Part shown: piece after piece, positions 1-6,997 of the stretch | Layout: each line of letters opens with the position of its first letter | Numbering within the stretch: position 1 is the first letter of the stretch | NCBI GenBank assembly: GCA_001872485.1 | Contig: MNWK01000027.1 | Location: 1 to 17,095, forward strand | Origin: Parcubacteria group bacterium CG1_02_44_31 | Lineage (GTDB): Bacteria; Patescibacteriota; Minisyncoccia; UBA6257; Brennerbacteraceae | DNA length: 17,095 bases | Direction: 5' to 3' | Position numbers and translations under genes: made by a program | The notes under the pieces: generated by a model | What the model saw: the letters and a program-made list of their open reading frames with translations, nothing else | What the model was told of the DNA's origin: nothing | The model's database searches: none

Positions 1-125
1 TGAATCATGGATCTTGAATCATGGATCTTGAATCATGGATCTTGAATCATGGATCTTGAATCATGGATCTTGAATCTTGAACAAATTCCAATTTCCAAAA
101 TTCAAAACAAGAACATTAAATTCTC
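1..125. repeat. Heptad-periodic tandem repeat tract (14-nt unit TGAATCATGGATCT x5, decaying into related 7-mers)
   Basis: Read directly: identical 14-mers at 1-14, 15-28, 29-42, 43-56 and 57-70 (the array is cut by the window edge). They are followed by 7-nt units TGAATCT, TGAACAA, ATTCCAA, TTTCCAA, AATTCAA, AACAAGA, ACATTAA up to 119. Confidence 0.9.
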
Positions 126-195
126 TGATCACTGATTACTGATCACTGATCACTGATTACTGATCACTGATCACTGATCACTGATCACTGATTAC
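126..195. repeat. Tandem heptamer array, 10 units (TGATCAC x7, TGATTAC x3)
   Basis: Read directly: units start at 126, 133, 140 ... 189, in the order C,T,C,C,T,C,C,C,C,T. Each TGATCAC unit carries GATC and the palindrome TGATCA. The array ends 8 nt before the fusA stop codon (204-206). Confidence 0.95.
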
Positions 196-203
196 TACGG
201 GAC

Positions 204-2324
204 TTACGCTTTTTTGCCGCTGACAATAAGGTCCGCAATGTGGCGTGGCACTTCCTCGTAATGGTCAAATTCCATGGTAAATGTTCCGCGGCCCTCGGTC
301 ATGGAACGAAGTTTGGTTGCATACCCGAACATTTCCGCAAGCGGCACGAACGAATCAATGACTTTCAAATTTATGCGTTCCCCCATACGTTCTATTTTCG
401 CGCGTTTGGAACTCAAATCTCCTGTCACATCTCCCAAAAATCTATCAGGAACAATCACTTCAACTTTCATAATCGGTTCAAGTAAAACCACATCAGCCTT
501 TTTCGCGCCTTCTTGCAAAGCAATCGAACCCGCAATTTTGAATGCTGCTTCGGATGAATCCACTTCATGATACGACCCGTCATATAGCGTCACCTGCATA
601 TCAACAATGGGAAATCCTGCAAGCACGCCTTTTCCCATTGCCTCTTTCACCCCTTTTTCAACAGCAGGAATATATGATTGCGGAATAATGCCTCCTTTGA
701 TTGCGTTCACAAATTCAAATCCTTTGCCGCGCTCCAACGGGGCTAATTTCAGCCACACATGTCCATATTGTCCGCGTCCTCCTGATTGATGAATGTATTT
801 CCCTTCTTGTTCAACCGGTTTCTTGATAGTTTCGCGATACGCAACTTGGGGGCGGCCAACATTGACTGCAACATTAAACTCGCGGCGCATGCGGTCAACC
901 AACACATCCAAATGCAATTCCCCCATGCCGGCAATAATCGTTTCCAAAGTATCTTCGTCGGTTTTTACACGGAATGTCGGGTCTTCTTCCTGCAATTTGT
1001 GCAGCACAATGCTCATTTTTTCCTGGTCTGCTTTGGTCTTGGGTTCAACTTTCATAGAAATAACCGGTTCGGGGAATATGGGTTTTTCCAGAATAATCTG
1101 CTTGTCTTCGTCACACAACGTATCGCCTGTTGTAGTAGCTTTCATGCCGACTAATGCCGCGATATCTCCGGTATACACTTGTTCCACGTCCTCGCGATGA
1201 TTTGCATGCATGCGCAAAATCCTGCCCACGCGCTCTTGCTCGTTTTTCGTCGCATTATATGTATAACTTCCTTTTTTCAATGTTCCGGCGTATACGCGAA
1301 AATACACCAGCGTTCCCACGAACGGGTCTGCCGCGACCTTAAATGCCAGCGCGGTAAATGGTTCGCTGTCCTGTGGCTGGCGCGTAACTTCTGTATTCGC
1401 GCGCGGATTTATTCCTTTGATAGGTTTGGACTCGGTCAAATCAAGCGGTGAAGGTAAAAAATCAACAACCGCATCCAATACAAGCTGCACGCCTTTGTTG
1501 CGAAGCGCGGCGCCGCACAAAACCGGAACCAATGAATACGATAAACATCCCTTGCGAAGTCCCATGCGAATTTCATCTTCGGTCAATTCTTTATTGACAA
1601 GATATTTTTCAAGTAAAGCATCATCCTGCTCAGCGGCTTTTTCTATCATATGGCTGCGCATGTTTTGCGCTTTTGTTTTCAGATTTTCAGGAATTTCTCC
1701 TTCAATGATTTGTTCACCTTTTTCGCCCTCAAACCGAATTGCTTTCATTCTAATTAAATCAATCACACCTTCAAACTGGTCTTCCAAACCAATATTCAAA
1801 TGAATCGGAACAGCATTAGGAGTCAACCGTTCATTAATAGATGCAAGCGAACTTTCAAAACTCGCGCCCAACCGGTCAAGCTTATTAATAAAACACAACC
1901 GCGGCACTTTATATCCGTCAGCTTGGCGCCACACGGTTTCTGATTGCGGCTCAACACCAGCTACGCCATCAAACACCACGACTGCTCCGTCCAAAACCCG
2001 GAGCGAACGCTGGACTTCAGCAGTAAAATCAATGTGCCCGGGCGTATCAATCAAATTAATGCGGTATTCTTTTGGTTCTTGCTTAAAATTCTTGGAATAG
2101 GTCTGGGTCCAAAAACACGTGGTTGCCGCAGCGGTAATGGTAATTCCGCGCTCGCGTTCCTGCACCATCCAATCCATAATTGCTTCTCCTTCGTGCACTT
2201 CGCCGATTTTGTGGGAAATGCCAGTGTAATACAAAATACGCTCGGAAACTGTGGTCTTACCAGCGTCGATGTGCGCAATAATTCCGATATCGCGCGTTTT
2301 TTCAAGTGAATATTGGCGTGCCAT
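204..2324 (-). CDS. fusA: Elongation factor G
   Basis: 706-aa ORF with an ATG start. It has the GTPase motifs [14 protein letters not shown] and NKLD and is full-length collinear with EF-G. It lies downstream of rpsL-rpsG, as in the str operon. Confidence 0.97.
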   Translation of the reverse strand: MARQYSLEKTRDIGIIAHIDAGKTTVSERILYYTGISHKIGEVHEGEAIMDWMVQERERGITITAAATTCFWTQTYSKNFKQEPKEYRINLIDTPGHIDFTAEVQRSLRVLDGAVVVFDGVAGVEPQSETVWRQADGYKVPRLCFINKLDRLGASFESSLASINERLTPNAVPIHLNIGLEDQFEGVIDLIRMKAIRFEGEKGEQIIEGEIPENLKTKAQNMRSHMIEKAAEQDDALLEKYLVNKELTEDEIRMGLRKGCLSYSLVPVLCGAALRNKGVQLVLDAVVDFLPSPLDLTESKPIKGINPRANTEVTRQPQDSEPFTALAFKVAADPFVGTLVYFRVYAGTLKKGSYTYNATKNEQERVGRILRMHANHREDVEQVYTGDIAALVGMKATTTGDTLCDEDKQIILEKPIFPEPVISMKVEPKTKADQEKMSIVLHKLQEEDPTFRVKTDEDTLETIIAGMGELHLDVLVDRMRREFNVAVNVGRPQVAYRETIKKPVEQEGKYIHQSGGRGQYGHVWLKLAPLERGKGFEFVNAIKGGIIPQSYIPAVEKGVKEAMGKGVLAGFPIVDMQVTLYDGSYHEVDSSEAAFKIAGSIALQEGAKKADVVLLEPIMKVEVIVPDRFLGDVTGDLSSKRAKIERMGERINLKVIDSFVPLAEMFGYATKLRSMTEGRGTFTMEFDHYEEVPRHIADLIVSGKKA

Positions 2325-2410
2325 ATGATTTACATCGTTTTCATAACATTACTTGCAAAGAAAAAGCATGGCGCGTTCGTGAAATCCGTTCGTATCTCAT
2401 ACGCTCCGGA

Positions 2411-2875
2411 TTACGCAAAATGCGCAAATGCTCTGTTCGCCTCTGCCATACGCTGGACATCAGCGCGCTTTTTCACTGCCGCGCCTTCATTGCGCGATGC
2501 TTGCATGATTTGCTCTGCCAATTTCGCGTACATTGGTTTTCCTTTTTGAGACCTGGCTGCGCCCAAAATCCATCGCATGGTAAGGGCAATTTTGCGCTCG
2601 CCGCGTACCTCAATTGGAACTTGGTAGTTCGCTCCGCCAATACGCTTTGACCGCACTTCCAAAACAGGCGCGACGTTTTTCATTGCCTGCTCAAACACCC
2701 CTATCGGGTCTTGCTGGACTTTCTTTTCAATTTCATCAAACGCGCTATACACAATCCTTTGGGCAACACTTTTCTTCCCTGCTTTCATCACGTGGTTAAT
2801 CAATACGCCCACCATAGCGTTCTGATATTTTGGGTCAAGCGGATACGGCCGTTTATGTTGTATTTTTTTTCTCAT
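2411..2875 (-). CDS. rpsG: 30S ribosomal protein S7 (uS7)
   Basis: 154-aa ORF with a uS7-like N-terminus (LDPKYQNAMVGVLINHVMKAGKKSVAQRIVY) and C-terminal RAFAHF. It sits between rpsL and fusA. Confidence 0.96.
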   Translation of the reverse strand: MRKKIQHKRPYPLDPKYQNAMVGVLINHVMKAGKKSVAQRIVYSAFDEIEKKVQQDPIGVFEQAMKNVAPVLEVRSKRIGGANYQVPIEVRGERKIALTMRWILGAARSQKGKPMYAKLAEQIMQASRNEGAAVKKRADVQRMAEANRAFAHFA

Positions 2876-2941
2876 ACCAAGTTGTATAATTTGTTATCCG
2901 TATAAATCAGCTCTATCTGTATAAATCCGCGGTTGTATAAT

Positions 2942-3367
2942 TTATGCAGCTGCAACAGGTTTTGGCTTTTTCGCGCCATAGGCCGAGCGCTGCTGCTTGC
3001 GCTTGTCAACACCTCCTGCATCCAATACACCGCGGACAATATGATACCGCACGCCGGGCAAATCTTTCACGCGGCCGCCACGCACCAACACGATTGAATG
3101 CTCTTGCAAATTATGCCCTTCACCCGGAATGTACGCAGTCACTTCCATACCGTTGGTCAAGCGTACACGCGCGATTTTGCGCAATGCGGAGTTTGGCTTT
3201 TTCGGCGTTATGGTCGTTACTTTCAAGCATACGCCGCGCTTGAACGGCGACGGAGATGTTTTGTACCGGTTTTTGATTGCGTTAAAATACTTCTGCATGG
3301 CAGGAGATTTTGTTTTATGCGCAGTGCGTTTGCGCCCTTTTTTCACAAGTTGATGAACGGTCGGCAT
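2942..3367 (-). CDS. rpsL: 30S ribosomal protein S12 (uS12)
   Basis: 141-aa ORF with [23 protein letters not shown] and [13 protein letters not shown] signatures. It is the long (Bacillus-like) form. Confidence 0.97.
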   Translation of the reverse strand: MPTVHQLVKKGRKRTAHKTKSPAMQKYFNAIKNRYKTSPSPFKRGVCLKVTTITPKKPNSALRKIARVRLTNGMEVTAYIPGEGHNLQEHSIVLVRGGRVKDLPGVRYHIVRGVLDAGGVDKRKQQRSAYGAKKPKPVAAA

Positions 3368-3368
3368 A

Positions 3369-3504
3369 CCCTGTAGTAGAAATGCGACAGAATTTGATGC
3401 CGTATTTCTTGTTTTATTTTATACATAATATCATCAATGCTATTTGGTTTATATATTCTTGCGTGAAATTCTCTTGTTAAGGCAGTCGCATTTTCACTAC
3501 GGGG
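3369..3504. repeat. Inverted-repeat element copy E1 (136 bp, CCCYGTAGT-arm family)
   Basis: Left arm CCCTGTAGTAGAAATGCGAC (3369-3388) and right arm GTCGCATTTTCACTACGGGG (3485-3504) are complementary at 17/20 positions by hand count. The left arm starts 1 nt from the rpsL ATG (3365-3367). Confidence 0.85.
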
Positions 3505-3509
3505 CATAT

Positions 3510-3625
3510 CCTGTAGTGATCCCGTTAATTATTTTATTTATTCCATCTTACAAGTTTAAGGTTGCCCTGTTGCATAGTCTCTGGTTGTTATGACGACTAC
3601 AACAATCTACGGGACTACTACGGGG
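3510..3625. repeat. Inverted-repeat element copy E2 (116 bp, diverged member of the same family)
   Basis: Left arm CCTGTAGTGATCCC (3510-3523) and right arm GGGACTACTACGGGG (3611-3625) are complementary apart from one indel. The flanks (GGGGCATAT) match those of the other copies. Confidence 0.7.
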
Positions 3626-3627
3626 CA

Positions 3628-3657
3628 TATATATAAATTTCAAAATCCAAATGACAA
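3628..3657 (-). promoter_or_regulatory. Candidate sigma70-type promoter for the rpsL-rpsG-fusA operon
   Basis: Read on the minus strand: TTGTCA (3657-3652), an 18-nt spacer, then TATATA (3633-3628). Transcription would start at the edge of E2, so E2+E1 would form the rpsL leader. This is a sequence-only guess. Confidence 0.2.
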
Positions 3658-3709
3658 ATTCCAAATAAATTGTCTTTTTACGATATCAAAAATACCCTTA
3701 AAAGTCAAT

Positions 3710-3745
3710 CCAGCACCACTTTTGCCGTAGCAAAAGTGGTGCTGG
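3710..3745 (-). terminator. Perfect 16-bp hairpin downstream of the site-2 protease gene (member of the CCAGCRCCACTTTTG hairpin family)
   Basis: CCAGCACCACTTTTGC (3710-3725), loop CGTA, GCAAAAGTGGTGCTGG (3730-3745). It lies 15 nt past the protease stop (3761-3763). No U-run follows directly, so terminator function is inferred from position only. Confidence 0.4.
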
Positions 3746-3760
3746 GTAAACGGAGCAAAA

Positions 3761-4387
3761 TCATAAACCTACTCCACCAGTCAGCAGTTGTATGAACCAC
3801 ATGACAACCGGCATAATAATTTGTACGCCGAAAAATAAAAACGCAAAAAATAAAATCAAGCTGTTGCGGTTTAAAAACTGTTCAACCGCGTCCCATTGGC
3901 GCGGCAGGAATGCAAACAAGATTTTTGACCCGTCAAGCGGCGGAATCGGTGTCAGATTAAACACCCCAAGCATAACATTTATTGAAGCAATCGCATAAAA
4001 GAGAATTCCGAGCGGCGCGTCAATCGGAGCAATGCCAAACCGAACGCACAACCCAAACACGGTTGCAATCGCAAGATTTGAAAAAGGGCCGGCAGCAGCA
4101 ACCAATAATTGCCCCCAGCGCATGTTTTTCAAATTCAAAGGATTATACGGGACCGGCTTTGCCCATCCGAACAAAAACAACGGCCCGCCTGCTAGCCGCG
4201 ATGTAATATACAAAAACAGCGGCAATATCACAGAGCCGACCGGGTCAATGTGCCGCAAGGGGTTAAGGGTCAAACGCCCCATGTGTTCCGCGGTATCATC
4301 GCCCTGCATTTTCGCAGCGTACCCATGCGATACTTCATGAATAACCACGGAAAAAATCAAAACCAAAAAATAAAAAACTATTTCCAT
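3761..4387 (-). CDS. Site-2 protease family (peptidase M50) membrane metalloprotease
   Basis: It has HEVSH (HExxH) in a hydrophobic N-terminal segment, a FNLTPIPPLDG (NxxPxxxLDG) second motif, and multiple TM segments. The track ORF begins at TTG 4423, but ATG 4387 (MEIVFYF...) is the more likely start. Confidence 0.85.
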   Translation of the reverse strand: MEIVFYFLVLIFSVVIHEVSHGYAAKMQGDDTAEHMGRLTLNPLRHIDPVGSVILPLFLYITSRLAGGPLFLFGWAKPVPYNPLNLKNMRWGQLLVAAAGPFSNLAIATVFGLCVRFGIAPIDAPLGILFYAIASINVMLGVFNLTPIPPLDGSKILFAFLPRQWDAVEQFLNRNSLILFFAFLFFGVQIIMPVVMWFIQLLTGGVGL

Positions 4388-4505
4388 ACTTTTTAGTATA
4401 GCAAAACAATAGGGAAAAACCAAACGCGCAATTTCTTGATTATTTCCTATTTGTATTCTATACTTAAAATAGCAAACTGCTTTATTCTAATGTTCAAAAC
4501 AATTA

Positions 4506-4568
4506 TTCAAGATTCATGATTCAAGATTCATGATTTAGGATTCAGGATTTAGAATTTAGGATTTTCAA
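4506..4568 (+). repeat. Nine tandem heptads (TTCAAGA TTCATGA x2, TTTAGGA TTCAGGA TTTAGAA TTTAGGA TTTTCAA) ending 4 nt before the rpmB ATG
   Basis: Read directly. TTCAAGATTCATGA is the reverse complement (rotated) of the 14-mer at 1-70, with one mismatch. The 21-mer AGGATTTAGAATTTAGGATTT (4544-4564) recurs exactly at 10932-10952 on the minus strand. Confidence 0.9.
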
Positions 4569-4572
4569 TGGT

Positions 4573-4797
4573 ATGTCATACATATGTGCAATCTGCGGCA
4601 AAAAACCGCGCATTGGAGGAAAGCGCAAACTCCTTATTGGCCACTATAATCCAATGGACAAGCGTCGCGTATATCCCAATTTACAATGGCTTACTTTGCC
4701 TTCGGGCAAACGCATAAAAGCATGCACTAAATGCATGCGCAACGCAAACAAAAAACCACCGACACCGAAACATTTCAACAAAGCAAAATCAAAATAA
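4573..4797 (+). CDS. rpmB: 50S ribosomal protein L28 (bL28), CxxC...CxxC zinc-ribbon form
   Basis: 74-aa basic ORF. MSYICAICGKKP...KRRVYPNLQ parallels the bL28 N-terminal pattern (E. coli MSRVCQVTGKRP...KRRFLPNL, recalled from memory). Cysteines are at positions 5, 8, 51 and 54. Confidence 0.75.
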   Translation: MSYICAICGKKPRIGGKRKLLIGHYNPMDKRRVYPNLQWLTLPSGKRIKACTKCMRNANKKPPTPKHFNKAKSK

Positions 4798-4812
4798 TAT
4801 ATACACCCGCAT

Positions 4813-5271
4813 ATGGACTTTTTTGATGTTACTACACAACACATACTTTCCAAGATTATTGTGGCTGCATTTTTGGGTATGTGCATCGGCTTGGAACGTA
4901 AGTTTTCACACAAAGAAGCCGGGCTTCGCACATTTTCGCTCATCGCGCTCGGATGCGCGTTGTTTGTAAGTTTAGGAAACGATTTTTTGGTCACCACGTG
5001 GGGAAAATCATTCATTGACCCAATGCGCATGGTAGGACAAATCATCATAGGATTAGGCTTTTTGGGTGCCGGGCTTATTATTTTCCATAAAAACAAAATC
5101 ACCGGGCTTACCACCGCGGCAACTATGTGGGTTACAGCGGCAATCGGTTCAGCTGTTGGGCTTGGGGCATACGCGATTGCCATTCTTGCCACGATTGTAA
5201 CGCTTATCGTATTGGTTGGCGGATGGAAAATTGAAAAGTCAATTCTTGATTTATCCGATACGGACAAATAA
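4813..5271 (+). CDS. mgtC: MgtC/SapB family membrane protein
   Basis: 152-aa hydrophobic ORF. AAFLGMCIGLERKFSHKEAGLRTF and GLTTAATMWVTAAIGSAVG are blocks typical of the MgtC/SapB transporter-accessory family. Confidence 0.8.
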   Translation: MDFFDVTTQHILSKIIVAAFLGMCIGLERKFSHKEAGLRTFSLIALGCALFVSLGNDFLVTTWGKSFIDPMRMVGQIIIGLGFLGAGLIIFHKNKITGLTTAATMWVTAAIGSAVGLGAYAIAILATIVTLIVLVGGWKIEKSILDLSDTDK

Positions 5272-5292
5272 TAAGGAAAATACAAATGTATC

Positions 5293-5363
5293 CGGGCTGT
5301 AGTACACCGGTAGTATACACGCATGGGGTGCGTGCGAACCGGGTTCGATTCCCGGCAGCCCGA
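5293..5363 (+). tRNA. tRNA-Pro (anticodon GGG), CCA not encoded
   Basis: Hand-folded cloverleaf: acceptor CGGGCTG/CAGCCCG, D arm GTAC-ACCGGTA-GTAT, and anticodon arm CACGC-ATGGGGT-GCGTG (T33, GGG, G37). The variable loop is 4 nt and the T arm is CCGGG-TTCGATT-CCCGG. C1:G72 plus A73 is the bacterial tRNA-Pro identity pattern. Confidence 0.85.
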
Positions 5364-5376
5364 CTGGAACGAAGTG

Positions 5377-5433
5377 GAAGGAGGGCGATTGCCACTCCGA
5401 AGCTTTAGCGAAGGAGGGCATTTGCGCCCATCC
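5377..5433 (+). repeat. Two tandem GC-rich hairpins sharing the 10-mer GAAGGAGGGC, downstream of tRNA-Pro
   Basis: GAAGGAGGGC occurs at 5377-5386 and 5410-5419 (33-nt period). Hairpin 1 is GGAGGGC(5380-5386)/GCCACTCC(5391-5398). Hairpin 2 is GGAGGGC(5413-5419)/GCCCATCC(5426-5433). A terminator role for the rpmB-mgtC-tRNA transcript is possible. Confidence 0.6.
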
Positions 5434-5541
5434 GTAATCCCGGGTTGGCCAAGGGACAATCTATGTCTGAAGCATTTATTTCGTTAGAAATACGTTTTCT
5501 AGCAAGGCGAAAATCCTGTTTAGTTATTCACAGGTTGATTC

Positions 5542-5575
5542 TTGACTTCTTTATATTATTTTGCTAAATTAGCAA
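5542..5575 (+). promoter_or_regulatory. Candidate abiE promoter with overlapping palindromic operator
   Basis: TTGACT (5542-5547), a 17-nt spacer, then TAAATT (5565-5570). The perfect palindrome TTGCTAA-A-TTAGCAA (5561-5575) overlaps the -10 and ends 1 nt before the ATG at 5577. No Shine-Dalgarno sequence fits in between. Confidence 0.3.
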
Positions 5576-5576
5576 T

Positions 5577-6182
5577 ATGGCTAAAATAGTGAATTGGTAC
5601 AATTTCGAGCGTAAATTAAAGGATAAAAAGCTCTTATTATTTTCTCCGCTTGACGTGAGGAGATTATTTGGCGTTTCTAAAGTTGCCGCGACTTTTTTGG
5701 TATACAGGTATACCCAACGCGGATTTATTAAGCGAGTAAAAAATGGGTTGTACGTTTTTTCCGACTCTTTACCACCTGATTTATATTTGGCAAACAAGAT
5801 ATATGAACCTTCCTATGTTTCTTTAGAATTCGCTCTTTCTTATCATCGCGTTATTCCGGAAACCGTATATGAAATTACTTCTGTAACCACAAAAGCCACC
5901 CGCCGTTTTTCGACGCTTGGAAAATCATTTACGTATCGCAGTATGAAGAAAGCGGCTTTTACGGGTTATGTTTCAAAAAGACAGGGTGATATAAATTATC
6001 TAATCGCCGATCCGGAAAAAGCTTTTGTTGATCTGAATTATTTCAGAATAATAAACCGCCAGAAACCGATTGGCCGTTTTGATAAAGAAAAAATCAATCT
6101 ATTAAAAGCACTCCGTTACGCTAAATTATTTAAAAATAATAAACTTATTGGCGTAATAAAAACCACATTAAAAAATATATAA
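5577..6182 (+). CDS. abiEi: AbiEi-family antitoxin / transcriptional regulator (type IV TA system)
   Basis: 201-aa ORF with an N-terminal wHTH-like segment and a NGLYVF...PSYVSLEFALSYHRVIPE block typical of AbiEi antitoxins. Its TAA stop abuts the ATG of the next gene. Confidence 0.8.
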   Translation: MAKIVNWYNFERKLKDKKLLLFSPLDVRRLFGVSKVAATFLVYRYTQRGFIKRVKNGLYVFSDSLPPDLYLANKIYEPSYVSLEFALSYHRVIPETVYEITSVTTKATRRFSTLGKSFTYRSMKKAAFTGYVSKRQGDINYLIADPEKAFVDLNYFRIINRQKPIGRFDKEKINLLKALRYAKLFKNNKLIGVIKTTLKNI

Positions 6183-6944
6183 ATGATTACTCAAGACGCT
6201 ATTCAAAAATTAGCCACTCTGCATCAAACCAGCGGGTTTCCCAATATTATTCGCGAATATTTCCAGCATCTTTTCCTCTCCCATCTTTATAAAATAGAAG
6301 GCGCCGAGCACATTCTTTTTAAGGGCGGTACCGCTTTAAAGATTATTTACAACAGCCCGCGTTTTTCCGAAGATTTGGATTTTTCAATTTTTGGCATAGA
6401 ACAGCGTCAACAAAAAGACTTTATTGGGAGTATTTTTGCCAAAATTTTGGTTGAAATTGAAAAAGTTGGCATTAAAGTAGAACTTGGATCAAAGCCGGGC
6501 CCCACCAGCGAAGGATATTATGGCGATGCAACATTTAAGATTTCCGATTATCCGCCAGTGGCAGTATCAATAAATATTTCTTCGCGGAACGGTCAGGATG
6601 TTAAAGGAGAAGTGGACAGTATTGCCAACGACTTCGTTCCAACTTATAACGTTTTACATCTGCCGCAAGAAAGGCTCGTGGAAGAAAAAGTTTTTGACGC
6701 CTTATTAAAACGGGGAAGGGCTCGCGATTTTTACGATTTGTATTTTATTATGCGCAAGGGGCTTTTAACGAAAGAACAAAAACAAAAACTAAACAAAGTA
6801 AAAGATGAAATTTTATCAAAAGCGGCAATAGTTGATTTCCGAAGCGAGTTATCGGTATTCTTGCCGCAAGACCAACAAGTCATTATCAAGGACTTCAAAA
6901 ATAACTTAGTCAACGAACTAAATCGTCAACTAAGCGGATTATGA
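6183..6944 (+). CDS. abiEii: AbiEii/AbiGii-family nucleotidyltransferase toxin
   Basis: 253-aa ORF. FKGGTALKIIY...RFSEDLDF is the nucleotidyltransferase signature of the AbiEii (DUF1814) family. It lies immediately downstream of abiEi. Confidence 0.85.
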   Translation: MITQDAIQKLATLHQTSGFPNIIREYFQHLFLSHLYKIEGAEHILFKGGTALKIIYNSPRFSEDLDFSIFGIEQRQQKDFIGSIFAKILVEIEKVGIKVELGSKPGPTSEGYYGDATFKISDYPPVAVSINISSRNGQDVKGEVDSIANDFVPTYNVLHLPQERLVEEKVFDALLKRGRARDFYDLYFIMRKGLLTKEQKQKLNKVKDEILSKAAIVDFRSELSVFLPQDQQVIIKDFKNNLVNELNRQLSGL

Positions 6945-6967
6945 ATTTTTTAAAGTTTTAAAACTTG

Positions 6968-6997
6968 CCCCGTAGTCAGATTTGCTGTACTACTGGG
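6968..6997. repeat. Minimal 30-nt hairpin version (E3) of the CCCYGTAGT-arm family
   Basis: CCCCGTAGT (6968-6976), a 12-nt loop, then ACTACTGGG (6989-6997), with one mismatch. A degenerate right-arm-like TTGAAAATCT follows at about 7024-7033. Confidence 0.65.

Noticed and set aside
1-195. Possible CRISPR array, because of the regular short repeats.
   Set aside because: The units are 7/14 nt and directly abutting with no unique spacers. CRISPR repeats are about 24-48 nt and separated by spacers of similar length.
240-2309. Many 60-135-aa ORFs on the plus strand inside fusA, and similar antisense or overlapping ORFs inside rpsG, rpsL, the protease, uppS, the MFS gene, DUF763, aspS, comEC and fba.
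   Set aside because: They are shadow frames fully nested in long ORFs with unmistakable conserved protein signatures. Their translations are low-complexity or Cys/Arg-rich with no recognisable motifs.
3263-3319. Apparent ~13-residue insertion in S12 ([19 protein letters not shown]) relative to E. coli.
   Set aside because: The same long form is normal in Bacillus-type S12 (recalled: ...[24 protein letters not shown]...), so it is not unusual.
4388-4423. TTG-initiated 12-codon N-terminal extension of the site-2 protease.
   Set aside because: An in-frame ATG at 4387 starts directly at the first TM helix, and nothing supports the extension.
4644-5459. 271-aa minus-strand ORF.
   Set aside because: It runs antisense across rpmB, mgtC and the tRNA-Pro gene, all of which have strong independent support, and its translation has no recognisable features.
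5389-5487. 32-codon TTG-initiated frame behind the first AAGGAGG-like sequence.
   Set aside because: The SD-like sequence is half of a hairpin that is duplicated without a following frame, and the peptide has no features. The terminator or processing structure is the more economical reading.
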